A stretch of DNA of 64,000 nt from Eledone cirrhosa. Its lineage: Eukaryota. Below, in pieces: positions 12,333 to 25,624 of this stretch; the first letter of the stretch is position 1, and the number at the start of each line of letters is the position of its first letter. Below the pieces are notes generated by a model, which was given only the letters and a program-made list of their open reading frames with translations, was not told the origin of the DNA and made no database searches. The translations under genes and the position numbers were made by a program. The DNA lies in NCBI GenBank assembly GCA_964016885.1, contig OZ024740.1, positions 117,056,001-117,120,000 on the forward strand, given 5' to 3'.

Positions 12333-15025
12333 TATATATATATGTTTGTATGTATAACTTTAAAATTCAAGTGATTTGAATTTAGAAAAAATGCATCAAG
12401 AATGTCAAGAATGCCATAAGAAGATAGCCTGTAACTTACAATAATGAAAGTGAAAGTACAAGCAAACTTTAACTATAGCAATATTAACTGCTCTAAATTC
12501 ATGCCATGGCATGGGCCCTTAATTCGTGATTGAGACATAGGGACGCCGTATAGATATACGCCATGTCGTAGGTATTTAAACTTTGTGTAACGCATCCCTT
12601 TCCATATCTGAACACAGAGAAAGAGAGAAATATATAGAGACGAGATGAGATGAGAAAGGAATATGAAGGAAAAATCGACACTAGTATAGGACTTTATTTA
12701 TCGACTTCGGAAGACTGAAAAGCAAAGTTGACCTGAGTGATATCGAACTCAGAGCACAGAGCACAGAGCACAGAGCATGAATACTGTGAGTTTCATCGAT
12801 TGTATGGAAGAAATACCGCGAATCTGTCCTGTCTATTCGGTGTTCTCATAACTATGCAACTTAGCTGCCTATTCCTGGAAGTACAATATCGTTTAGAGAA
12901 AATGTTAAGCTGAAACATTAAGAATCGATCTCGATCAGTTTTGACGATGAGTGTTTTATTTGTTCGAGCAACAGAATAGCCTTCTCGTATACCCCTAACG
13001 TAATTGTCAGGGAGATTCACCATGGCAGTCTGTGAAATGGTTGGTTCTTTGAATTACGGGAATAACTTACTTTTGTCAGCTGAATGGGCTGGAGCAATAT
13101 GAAATAATGTGTGACATAACATACTGTTCAACTTGTGAATCGAACCCACGAACTTATGCTCGTTTTCCATACGTCCCTAACCATTAAGTTAACCACCACC
13201 ATAAAGCAACATTATCTTCCCTGAAATCCGGTATCTTTTAATGAAGACTTGCAGCAAAAACTTTAGTAATTGGCCTTCGTCAGTTTTGACGATAATTGTT
13301 CCAATTGCTCGTAAAATCACCATGTAAGTGACTGAGCATTTGACAAACGCATGTGGCCATAACGTAATTAACATCAGGATTCAGTGTGATATTGTGTGTC
13401 AAGGTTGGCTCTTTTACTTTCAAGTACAATGCATAAACGAGCTTCCAAACAGTATACGTCTACTCAATTTCACTCACAAACATGTGTTGTCCAAAGGTTA
13501 TGGTAAATGAAATCTGTCCAAGATGACACGTAGTTGATTCCAACCCTGCACCTCATGATTGTGTAGAAACCTTTCACCAATTCGGCCGTGGTGCATCCAC
13601 ACACAAAAGAAACATTATGTTTTCGATTTTTGTAAGCATAACGGACAGGGCAGGAAATTAGTTGATCACCAGATCAGGCAAAGGAATCTATGGTTTCATT
13701 GGTCTTTCCATTGGTGATACTATCTGCCGGTCGTAACTTTATGCAGAAGGATGCGTGATCCGAGCTCAGCTCGCTCAAAGCTTGATAAAATTCCGCAAAG
13801 TATCCTGCTCGACTCTTTAGCCATTCAACCTGTTTTAGCGCCTTTAGACTGGTACTTTATTTATCGACACCCGAAAGGATGAAAGGCGCCGTTGAACATT
13901 GCAGCGGTATTTGAACTGGGAGCGCAAAGGGACGGAACGAATACCGACGCTTTAACCGCTGCTAATTTGCCACCAAGTATAAACATATGTACCTAGTAGA
14001 AGACAGTAGATAAGATGGGTTCCATTGTATTCTCTGGATTGACAGGAAACTTAAGTAAATGATGAACTGAGATTTGCGTCGTTTGTAGCATTCTCCACGA
14101 CGTGGTTCATATAGATTTATGTAATAGCTACCAAAAGGAAACTGAAACATGGTCCAGTCTCATCTTGTCGGAAGATATCAATTAATATGCTCGTTGTATT
14201 AGTAGTGTGAAATTAGGATTTCTGATATAGGTAGAATGACACATGAGATTTTGGAAGGAGTAGACGATTCGATCGATCATAGCTCTTGACTGTTTGCTTA
14301 TTTAATTTTCCCCAGGTGGATGATAAATGATACTGACCACAGCGAGATTTAAAACTTGAGTGTAAATGGCCGTAACGAAATTTGGTATGAAATATTATGG
14401 ATTATGGGATATTTAATGTTATCATAGTCACATGTTATTTTAACTGAATTAATATTATAGCAACATCATTTACTATTATTATATTCATAGCCTTTTCAAC
14501 ATAGGGCTACGTCCATTTACGTTCTCAGTTAGCTTTGCTTTCCCTCCATACGGGATCCATAGAATAAAGTATCTTAACAAACTGGGGTCAATTTAATTGA
14601 CTTATCCCTCCCACAAAATTGTTGGCCTTGTGCCTATATCAGAAATCATTATTAATAGCAATTGAAAAGCCTGCTCTCGTGGGAGTTCATGTCTCACTAG
14701 GAAGCATTCTCGCTGATATTTTAACATCTATTATGATCCAAACACCTGTTGCCAAAACATCTATTTTCATTGCAATATATTTGATAAGCGTTATTTCATT
14801 AGATTATTTCATTGATGCAGCAATATTTCTTGTCATTTAGAGTCTTGCTGTAAATTCTGTTAATATAGCAACATCTCTTATAAAAGTGTACAGCCATAAA
14901 GGTCAAGTTGACCAATAAATTAAAGACCAGAAATGAAGAAAAAAAGGGATTTCATGGGTACATGTTATACATAACTTGAACCGATTTAACAAATCTTAAG
15001 TAAATAACTATAATATTCAGCTTAC

Positions 15026-15695
15026 CTGATGTTTTTGATGTGATGTTGGATGTGGCTGATTGCATGGCTAACGAAACGGGGTGGATGGCGGAGAAAGGGG
15101 TTGTGTAACTGGAGGAATTGATGGAATCACAATATGGTAAAGAACTCGTTCCTCCACCAATGATGCTATGTCCAGAAAGGTGTCCACCGACACCTGAGCC
15201 AACGCCACTACCTGTACCTCCACTGTTACTTCCACCATTACTAGCATCACCAGTACCAGTTCCACCACCTCCTCCACCACCCCCTCCGCTACCGTTGGTC
15301 AAACTCTTCACCGTTGACAGCATACTCCCTGTCATCACCGAAGACAGCGGTCCGGCCACTTGTGACGCTGAGTTGGCGGCATTTGTAAAGTACTCCTGTG
15401 CCACCACCGAATCTCTTGAGGATAGAAAGTTTGCGGCCGCGGCCGCTGCACAACTGCCATTTAGTCCTCCGTTCAAGTTCATTGATAAATTTGACGTGCC
15501 ATGGTGAAAACCCCATTCGGATGCTGCTTGGTGTGCTGAATATCCAAGTCCACTGTTTCCCAGTCCAGCAGCTCCGTACATAGAGGAAAATGGTGTTTGT
15601 CTTTGGAAAGATTGTGCCAGACCATAAGATGTTGGGAATGTGGCGGGATAATGGTGCAATGCAGGAGCGTTCATTCCATACATTCTCTGATCCAT
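15026..15695 (-). CDS. First coding exon of a probable developmental transcription factor (low-complexity Tyr/His/Ser/Gly/Ala-rich N-terminus, MDQRMYGMNAPALHHYP...)
   Basis: Non-repetitive open frame with ATG at 15695 in AAAATGG context. Poly-Ala and poly-Gly tracts use mixed codons. Ends at a canonical donor TCAG|GTAAG (GT at 15025-15024): 223 codons + 1 nt, phase 1. No DNA-binding domain is visible, so the product class is inferred. Confidence 0.8.
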
Positions 15696-15864
15696 TTTAA
15701 ACACAATATATAAATGTATTTATGTAGTGTTGGTTGTAATGTTTTGCCGCGTGTTTTTGTGTGTGTTTTTTTTTATTTATTTATAAACTATTAAGTAAAT
15801 TATAATTTATATCAGCAGTTATGTAACTATTCATATGTAAATATATATACATACTTAGTATTAA

Positions 15865-15911
<47 letters not shown>

Positions 15912-15984
15912 GTATGTGTGTGTATGTATATATGTATGTATGAATGTATCTATGTATTATATATATGTATATATATATATATAT

Positions 15985-16054
<70 letters not shown>

Positions 16055-16639
16055 ATATGTACGTGCGCATACGAAAATAAATATATATTCCGACAAACAC
16101 AAATTGGAATTACTAGCAAAAGAATGTTCTGCGAAGCAGTTTCTGTCTGTATATTATTGTTGCTGTTACTACTATTGTTTACATTTTTCAAATGACGATT
16201 CCGCCAATCTTACAAACCGAGTGTATGGAAACATTAAATCTCACATACTTTCAGATTTAAAATAACAGCAATACATACATACACAATAGGAATAGGTATA
16301 CACACATTGAGACACACAGAAATATATGCTAACACTAAAGAAGTTAGTATCTATGCATTCAAAGTAATTCAAACTTTCTCTAATAAAAACAAAAATATGA
16401 AACTTTCAGGCTTAGAAAAACAACAGCAGCAGCAATAATACTATCACTACTAATAATAATACTACTAATAATAAATATTATAATGATATACAATATTATA
16501 CAATATGAAATAAGAAATAATTATTTTACGAATGTGTATGTTCGTGTTTATTTTTTCTTGTGTTGTGATGCATGTTAAAGTTGTTTTTTTTAATGGAATG
16601 AAATTAAAATAAATAAAAGTTGATGTGTATTGAATCTGT

Positions 16640-17110
16640 TTGTTACCTTACAAGTGTCAGACCGGAGCATGGTTTGTGTTTATTCCGGGAAACGTTGGTT
16701 GTAACCCTATGTAAAAGTAACGCAATTTAAGCATCGTATATGTGAACAGGTACTTGTAGTAATAAACAGCATTGACATCTGTGTTGGTGCCATCAAACTT
16801 GTCTGTCCGAGTTAGGGAAATTATATTCAGAGGTATCGGTTTCAATAAAATACGAGGTAGCAATGAATGTGAAAAATAATAAATAAATAAATACACTTCC
16901 CGAAAAATAAAAATATTTCAGAAAAAAAACATTTTAAAAAATGTTAAAAATAAAACAAAATAAAATAAAATAAAATAAAAAATCAAGTCTTCTTTATCAT
17001 AGAAGGGTGCGTAATGTTGTGAAAAGCGCAAAACTTCTCCTCCTCACCCTTATGATTAAGGGAAAGCCTCCTTGTTTATCTGCAATCATCACAGTGGGAG
17101 AACGGTATAG
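16640..17110 (-). promoter_or_regulatory. Candidate 5'UTR exon or proximal regulatory region of the 15 kb gene
   Basis: Unique, non-repetitive sequence upstream of the exon, with a possible minus-strand donor AAG|GTAACA at 16647/16646. No transcript evidence. Confidence 0.3.
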
Positions 17111-17202
17111 ATAGATATCCCTCAGGCTATATGTACATTTTATAAACACACATCTACGTACACAAATGTGTGCGCTATGCTTATATATATATATATATAT
17201 AT

Positions 17203-17251
<49 letters not shown>

Positions 17252-17972
17252 TGTGTGTGTGTGTATCTGTGTATGTGATGTATATATGTATATAATGTTT
17301 TGTATTTTTTTTTTTAGTTTTTCTAGTTGAAAGATTTTTCAGGAAGTCTTTTGATGGACGTTTAGCTTGAATAAAAAAGGTGGTAGGGGTGGTGGTGTAG
17401 GAGAGAATGAAAGAGAAAGAATGGAAAGAAAAAAAAGAAAAAAAGAAACAAGGAGGAATGGGGAAAAAAGGGAGTTATGGGGCTAGAAATAAAAATAAAA
17501 ATAATCAAGAAGAGAAAGGGACTATATTAGATAAGTAACGAAATAGATTTAAAGATGGACAGACGGACTGACAAGGCGGCACGCAGACGTTGTCGGACAA
17601 CGACCGTGCCGTGACTGGTGTGTTTCATTACGATTTCGTCTCATAGACGATAGAGTTACTTAAGTCTGAACGTAAAAAAAAACAAAAACAGAAAGAGGGA
17701 TGGAGGAGAAAGTGAAGAAAAGAAAAGAAAAAAAGAAGCAATTGAGTATTTGCAAGTGTGAAAATGAAGATGGAGGAGGGGGGGGGGGCATGGTGGTGCT
17801 GGCTGGCAGTCTTGCTGTCTGGCTGTTTGACTGGCTGGCTGGCTGGCTGGCTGGCTGCGAGGTGTGGTGGAGAAGGGTTTGTTGGTGGGAAAGAAGGTGA
17901 TGAGAACGTGAGTTGAACGGATTACGATGATGGGATGGGATGGGGGAGTGAGAGGGTGAGAGGGCATGACAT

Positions 17973-18038
17973 AGAAGAAGAAGAAGAAGAAGAAGAAGAA
18001 GAAGAAGAAGAAGAAGAAGAAGAAGAAGAAGAAGAAGA
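17973..18038. repeat. (GAA)n trinucleotide microsatellite
   Basis: Direct reading, about 22 units. Confidence 0.95.
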
Positions 18039-18148
18039 AATTGAGATGTGGAGGTAAAAGACGGAAAGGGAATATGCAGAAAAAGAGAAAGAGAAACATG
18101 TGTAGAAAAGAGAGAAGGGAGAGAATGAGGAGAGATTAAGTAAAGTTT

Positions 18149-18312
<164 letters not shown>

Positions 18313-18799
18313 GTATATATATATGTATATATATACACACACACACACTCATATATATATATATATATATATGTATTCTCATACATATTTATACATACAT
18401 ATATATATATATACACACACATACAGAAATATATATATATAATACATATATAAGTAAGGAGAAAGGGAGAGAGCGAGAGGGGGAGAGAGAAACGGGGGGG
18501 GGGTGATAACAGAAAATTGGGGAATAAAATGCAAATGAAACCCAAAACAAACAGCTACAAACAAAGAAAAAAACGTGGGAGTTATGAAAGTTAGAGAAAA
18601 TAGAATGCATGCGGGTGTGGAAACTGTATTGTAAAGAGAGGGGAGGAGAGAGAGAGAGTGTGTGTGAGGGGTGGGGTGGGGTAGAATGTAGAAAGGAAGA
18701 TTGTGAAGGAGGGAGAAATAGAATATTATGAGGAAGAGAAGTAGTATGAGAAAGATAGGTACGGAGTATGGGAGGACATACATACGTACATACACACAG

Positions 18800-18905
<106 letters not shown>

Positions 18906-18919
18906 CGAATGTAGAAAGG

Positions 18920-18950
<31 letters not shown>

Positions 18951-18953
<3 letters not shown>

Positions 18954-19112
18954 CGAAGGAAATGTGGTAAGGAACCAGGTGGACCATAACGCACCAAAGA
19001 ACTCAATACTTAGGGTAGAGTGGGTAACAGGAACGAGTAGGACCCCGATTTTGGTCCAGAATTAGCCGTCGAAACGGCTTGAGCTCAGCCGTCGGGGTCC
19101 TACTCGTTCCTA
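18951..19112. mobile_element. 'Palindrome + tail' element, subfamily B, reversed, one arm partly deleted
   Basis: Matches 51690-51896; (TA)n on both sides. Confidence 0.9.
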
Positions 19113-19188
19113 TATATATATATATATATATATATATAACTCTCCTTCATTTCCTATCACTCACTCTCTTCCCTATCTTTCTCACACA

Positions 19189-19333
<145 letters not shown>

Positions 19334-19492
19334 CGTGTGTGTGCGTGTGTGTGTGTGTGTGTGTGTATATATAGAGAGAGAGAGGAGTAATATAGAAATA
19401 GGTACGAAGTGAGATAGAAGGGTTAGTACGTTGGTAGTTAAATAGGTAGATAACGATGTGTATATATATATGTATGTATATGTGGGTATATA

Positions 19493-19528
<36 letters not shown>

Positions 19529-19585
19529 TATATAGATATATATAGATATATATACATAGAACCCATTTCTATGTATATGTAAGCC

Positions 19586-19620
<35 letters not shown>

Positions 19621-19643
19621 GAAGCCATTTATATCTATATCTT

Positions 19644-19675
<32 letters not shown>

Positions 19676-19763
19676 CATACACACACATAAATATATATAT
19701 ATATATATACACACACATAAATATATATATATACATATATATATATATGTATATACATATAAA

Positions 19764-19802
<39 letters not shown>

Positions 19803-20337
19803 GCACACATTTATACCCTGCAAAGGAGAGAGTGAGCGATATATAGAAAGAAAGTGAGTGAAAGAGTGACGGGAGGAGAAATAGTATACAGTAGGTAGTT
19901 AGAGGTAGATAAGAAAAAACATAACAGATAAAAGGAGCGAAATGAAAATGAAAAAGAAATATGCAGCCAAGCATAGGGAGGGGGAGTATGAGAATGACTG
20001 TTTGAAGCGGGGTGAGACTAAACGTTGACGGAATGAGTGAGAAAATGAGAGAGGTAGACATAGTAGAAACGAGATTGTGAGGAGGGGAGGGGGAGGAAGA
20101 GGAGGAGGAAACATTGAACCTCAAAAACATTAGGGTGGCAATTATGTGAGGAGGAGTTTAAAATATATGTTGTAAGGGATTCGGGATTGGTTTATGTATA
20201 TATGTATATATTCGTATACATCGAAATGCAAGCGCTCAGCCATCGATAAGTAACTCATTACAATACCTTCAATCTACTTTCTTAAGTATCGAGTACTAAG
20301 CTGAAAAATAGTATCACTAGTCTGAACTGATAATTCC

Positions 20338-20429
<92 letters not shown>

Positions 20430-20479
20430 CGTTATGTATCGATGCATGTTATTCGTTGTATATCGATATATGCGTGTTA

Positions 20480-22200
20480 TTAATGTTACTGTCGTTGCCA
20501 CTTTACATGGTTCATCGAACCAGGAAATGACTTACAGTGTGTGCAGGTAAATTTCCCTCCTGCGTGAGTTTGATTGCTGTGGCAGGCTTTGTGGTGCCGT
20601 GTTAGTCCACCTGCAGAATAACACACTTTAGAACAGATGCCACATGCAAAAATGTATGAAGCACTCAAATGTGATATTTCTGTAAGTATGACGTCTGCTA
20701 TGGCTTAGCGGACCAGCCTTTATACTTTCACATTCCTCACAGTTAAGAGTCTCTTTTCAACCCCGTTGTAACCACGGACTAACTTCCCACCACATATATT
20801 TAGCAGCTCGCTTCATTTCAGCATAAGCTTCTGGACTCCATCTGCTGCAAGATTTTCCCATGTTTCGGTGTTAATGTTGAACTTCTTTGGGGTATATTTC
20901 AGATAGTCTTTAAAGCGCTTCTTTGGCCTACACTGCAGGCGTTTGCCTTGCAACAGCTCTCCATACAAAACTATGTGACCTGACCAACGGGGATACTGTT
21001 TCCCGATCATGGTCTCAATGCTTGACAGACAGGCCCACTGCAGTATCTGGTGAATGAGACCTCCATGAGAACTTGAGGATGAGGCATAAACATTGATGGT
21101 GGAAACGTTTGAGGCGCTGGATATGTGCACAGTATTTTGTTCATGTCTCACATTCATACAGCAAGGTTGTAAGCACACATACCTCATACACTTCAACATT
21201 CCTACGTACACTGATATCTGACTCTGAACACAGGTGCTTCGTCAGTTTACCAAAAGCATCAGTGGCTTTAGATAGGGTGCTGTTTCTGGAGAGAGTACTA
21301 CCGAAGTAGACAAACTTACCTACAAACTTCAATGTTTACCCATTAACAAATATGGATGGTGGAATTTATGGCTCTGAGTACAGGCTGGTACATCACCACT
21401 GTCATTTTCAGGTTGATTGTCAGCCCAAACTCATCATATGCCACCGAGAAGTAATCGACCAGGCTAACAAGATCACAGTCGTCTGCACAAAGAAAATCCT
21501 GTATCAATGCAATGTATATTTTTTATGTAGTAAGGAATCGTTGGCTGTTGAGCCTTCTTGTTGTGTAATAACGTATATATATGACAACATCGGTGTTGGT
21601 GAATGTTTTTAACACAACAACTGAAAAGAAGATGGAAAACAGAGTCAGAGCGTGTAGGCCATCTTGAAACAAAGTGACCTGCTCGCTCGACTGGGAAACG
21701 TTATATGAGCTCTCCATCGACACAAATCTACGCTCTCGTTTCATCATGTAATAAATCTATAAGCTCTGTAAACTTCCCATGGCAAACCAGCTCCATGAGT
21801 ATACACCAAAGGGGCTTGCCTGTTGACTTATCAAATGCCTTTGTGAGATTAATAAAGCAATTGTACAGATCGAGCTGTTTCTCCTTACACGTCTCCTGCA
21901 TCTGCCGTGCAGTGAAGATCATATCTGTAGTGCTCCGATATGAACGAAAACCACACTTATATTCCGACAGAGTGTTAGATGCAACGTGCATCAGCAAACG
22001 ATTAAGAACAATCCTGTCAAAGGAACTACCAACAATTGTTAGGAAAGAGATCATACGGCAGTTGTCACAAACATCTATTCTAAGTCCCTCCTGGCTTCAG
22101 GTGAACAGTGCTATCCCTGGAAGGGGCTACTCACTTGGGGTGCTGCTGAGTCGTACCATTGGATGTGTTTAAAGACAAATGATCAATATCTCAAGTCACC
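20480..22200 (-). mobile_element. Decayed RTE-clade LINE (RT and C-terminal C2H2 finger)
   Basis: SEYKCGFRSYRSTTDMIFTARQMQE...FINLTKAFD, KFVYFGSTLS, LLYECET, LYGELLQGKR..RPKKRFKD, and CGICSKVCYSAGGLTRHHKACH. Frameshifted. Confidence 0.9.
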
Positions 22201-23289
22201 TAAGTGAAAGTTTGCTGCTACGTACTTCCAGCTTGTCAGGCCTGTACACATTAGTGTTTTCCCGATCGCCACACGTCTTTTGAATTAAAGGTTATCTGTT
22301 ATCTTTTCAGGGTAGAAGAAGTTTCTGCTCGTGAATTTAATCATAGTGCATATGGCTTGCACAAAACCACCCCACTTTCCAGATGAAACAAGCAGGAAAA
22401 GCTGATGGCTCCACATAGGTTGGGACGACCAGCAACTAATCTTCAAAGTTTACTCCTCCAAGTAAACGTTTAGATGGCCGTTAACTCTTCCGAGTTCCGG
22501 CAACTTTTGACGGGTTTCGGTTTTCCTTCCGCGGAATGTCAAAATAAATCAGCCTCCTCACCAAGCTAGCTTAATGGTGTTGCCAGTTTAGTCACCGACG
22601 ACCCGACCATGCAACAGGTTTTACTGGTTTACATATCATGCGACAAGACATAGCGGTATAAGAATACAATGACAGACAGTGGGTTGTTTTTCTTTCTCTC
22701 TCTTTCTCAATAATAGGTTTCCTAAAGTATTTCTCATTTCATTTCTAATATAGAAACTTAGCTAATATATTACGGTTCTTATATAAGAAGATTTTTATTT
22801 ATATAAGAAACTGAGTGATTTGGATTCTAAGAACTATGGTGATGATGATAATGTTGTGAATGATGATGTTAATGGCAGTGGTAGTGTAAGAGAGGACAAG
22901 ACATTTGCGTGCAGAGGCTACTTGATTAAACCAAACTCAGTAAATGACTGGTACTTTATTTTATCGACACCAGAATGATGGATCAAATTCAATGTTCACC
23001 GAGACAGTATTTCAACTCAAATCGTATAGCGCGATAACTAGCCCTTAAACTGGCCCTACGTTAGAAATTAATATTCTAAGATAAGGAGCAAAAAGAAAGA
23101 AAACATTAATTCAGAAATAATACATGTATGGTTGTTATTTAGCAGTGTCAACTATAATAGACCAGGTCTTTGATTAGATATGTCACGGATGTTAAGCGTC
23201 TTTTGGGGGGCATCAATATTAACTACATTCGCTAGTATGTCCTCACCGTTATCAAGTCAGTAATGTGTGATTTTCGTAACATTTTGTAT

Positions 23290-23516
23290 TTTTAGTAAGC
23301 CGAGTAACACCATGGAATGGACCTCCAGTGAATTCAACTACTAGTTATTCTTGAAATCAACATGCATGTGGTTTGGCATTGCCACAGACACGTGTACCCA
23401 TAAAGGGTAGATTTGGAATGACAGTCTGTGACAAGGCTAGAAGAAGAAGAAGAAGAAGAAGAAGAAGAAGAAGAAGAAGAAGAAGAAGAAGAAGAAGAAG
23501 AAGAAGAAGAAGAAGA
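23290..23516 (+). mobile_element. 5'-truncated LINE 3' end with (GAA)n tail
   Basis: TAAAGGGTAGATTTGGAATGACAGTCTGTGACAAGGCTA(GAA)n matches the reverse complement of 51005-51090, the tail of the RTE fragment there. Confidence 0.75.
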
Positions 23517-24123
23517 GCAGCTTACTCTTCTATTCTTCAATCAACCAGTGATTCGAGCTTCTTCGACTATTTGAATACTGTCTCACATGGAATTCAACAC
23601 TACTATTAATAATGTAAAGACTAAAACATTTACTTTTCCAATTCTCCCATTTCTTCCTTCTGAGTAAAGCTGGTACCACGAAGATATGTACTTTACTACT
23701 TCTAGCGGCGTGGGTGCTATATCATTGTTGAATTAAAATGCTTCTATTGACAAACACATGCTGCAAACAATAGGGATTGAAACAACATTATCGTTACTGT
23801 CGGTAAGTAAAAGTAAAGTAAATAGATCTTCGCCGTCGAAGCCAGCATTGTATGTTTACGTTCAACAAATCTATAAGTGACTGAATAATCCACAGATATG
23901 TCTACCCTTAATATATTTACAAGAAAAAAAATCAGTATGACATGGCTGGCTTTTGAATGAAGGTTTCGTTGAATCATAGTTTCCGTCTGCTCAGTTTCAC
24001 TTACAAGATTTGGACCAACGCAAGCCTATGGTAAAATACAATTCGGCATGATGCCAGGATGATTTGCGAAGCGAAATTTTTAACCATTTGACCAACCGAA
24101 CACACACACACACACACACACAC

Positions 24124-24194
<71 letters not shown>

Positions 24195-24248
24195 TAGATA
24201 GATAGATAGGTAAATATACACGGGTGTGTATGATTGTGTATAGAAGAT

Positions 24249-24631
24249 TATATTAATAAGAGGAATTCCAACTTTGTCTGATTTACTCGTTTTATTTACA
24301 ATCCTTTAAAATATATAATGGTATTATAATGAAATAGTATGATAGAATATTAAATTCTAAGTGTTAATTGAACAAGTACTTTCATGCTTTCGCAAACTTC
24401 AGGTTCATAATATGTGGTGACACTCGAGTTTGCAATTTTCAACTGTTGAAAATTGCAAACTCGAGTGTCACCACATATTATGAACCTGAAGATTGCGAAA
24501 GCATGAAAGTACTTGTTCAATTAACACTTAGAATTTAATATTCTATCATACTATTTCATTATAATGCCATTATATATTTTAAATGATTGTAAATAAAACG
24601 AGTAAATCAGACAAAGTTGGAATTCCTCTTA

Positions 24632-24639
<8 letters not shown>
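24249..24639. repeat. 391-bp near-perfect palindrome (195-bp arms, 1-nt spacer) carrying a hammerhead
   Basis: Centre TTTTCAAC-T-GTTGAAAA at 24444. About 3 mismatches seen between arms. Confidence 0.95.
24481..24519 (+). ncRNA. Minimal type-I hammerhead ribozyme
   Basis: TGAAC|CTGAAGA|T-TGC-GAAA-GCA-T|GAAA-GTAC-TT|GTTCA: 5-bp stem I, GAAA-capped stem II, palindromic stem III (AAGTACTT). Confidence 0.75.
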
Positions 24640-24697
<58 letters not shown>

Positions 24698-24704
<7 letters not shown>

Positions 24705-25210
24705 AAGTTAAATAAAAGTCAAATGATTAAAATTTAGCTTCGTTTATTACTGCTATATATATTTCAGTGACAGCCATCTTTGGCTGTGACCTCTTCAGGC
24801 AGTTTGAATTAGTATGGTATAGTAGGTGTATAATATTGTCAATACTCTGATATGCCCAGTTCCTTGTTGGGTTGTTATTTCAATGAGGAACTGGAGTCAT
24901 ATCAGTTCCTCATTGAAATAACAACCCAACAAGGAACTGGGCATATCAGAGTATTGACAATATTATACACCTAAACAACATATGTACTTGTCTATACCAT
25001 ACTAATTCAAACTCCCTGAAGAGGTCACAGCCAAAGATGGCTGTCACTGAAATATATATAGCAGTAATAAACGAAGCTAAATTTTAATCATTTGACTTTT
25101 ATTTAACTTTATTTTACACTACTCCGGAGAAACCAAACCAACCTGCGCACTTCGTCGAGTGCTCCAGCCTGCATACTGAGGTGTTGGTATACAACCAACA
25201 TAAACTCAAA
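24698..25210. mobile_element. PLE pseudo-LTR-like element: ~196-bp-arm inverted repeat (24698-25116) plus unpaired tail
   Basis: Arms 24698-24893 and 24903-25116 with a 9-nt loop and an 18-nt indel; one hammerhead in each arm; begins in (TA)n. Confidence 0.85.
24749..24803 (-). ncRNA. Type-I hammerhead ribozyme (mirror copy at 25011-25065, +)
   Basis: ACTGC|CTGAAGA|GGTCACAGCCA-AAGA-TGGCTGTCACT|GAAA-TATATATA|GCAGT: 5-bp stem I, long stem II, AUA site. Confidence 0.75.
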
Positions 25211-25337
25211 ATCTCTCTCTCTCTATATATATATATTCATTAGTTAAGCAAAACAAGACCACAAATTTCACAAGGAAGACATTATTAAAATATTGTCAAC
25301 ATAGTTTTAGTTTAATGTAAGGAATGTAAAGAATAAT

Positions 25338-25524
25338 AATTGTTTCTACTTTAGGCACAAGGCCAGCAAATACCCAGTGCATTACTGGTACTTTATTTTA
25401 TCGACCCCGTAAGGATGAAAGGCAAAGTCAACCTCGGCGGGATTTGAAGTCAGATCGTAAAGGGACGTAACTATGCTGGAAAGCATGGCGTCCGATCCTC
25501 TACTGATACTGCCAATCCACCGCC
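25338..25524 (-). mobile_element. Young tRNA-derived SINE with TSD
   Basis: Close match to consensus; TSD AATGTAAAGAATAATAAT at 25323 and 25528. Confidence 0.92.
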
Positions 25525-25624
25525 CATAATGTAAAGAATAATAATAATAATACTAATAATGTCCGTTTACAAATGTTTCGCTACTCCATATAATGTTTCT
25601 GGATCAAATGATTATAGATCATTA

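Noticed and set aside
14952-15025. C-terminal extension (KLNIIVIYLRF...) and GTG start of the 250-aa ORF
   Set aside because: The extension lies beyond a canonical GTAAG donor in AT-rich intron-like sequence; ATG 15695 is the plausible eukaryotic start.
15118-15507. Pro-rich plus-strand ORF
   Set aside because: Antisense shadow of the Gly-rich exon.
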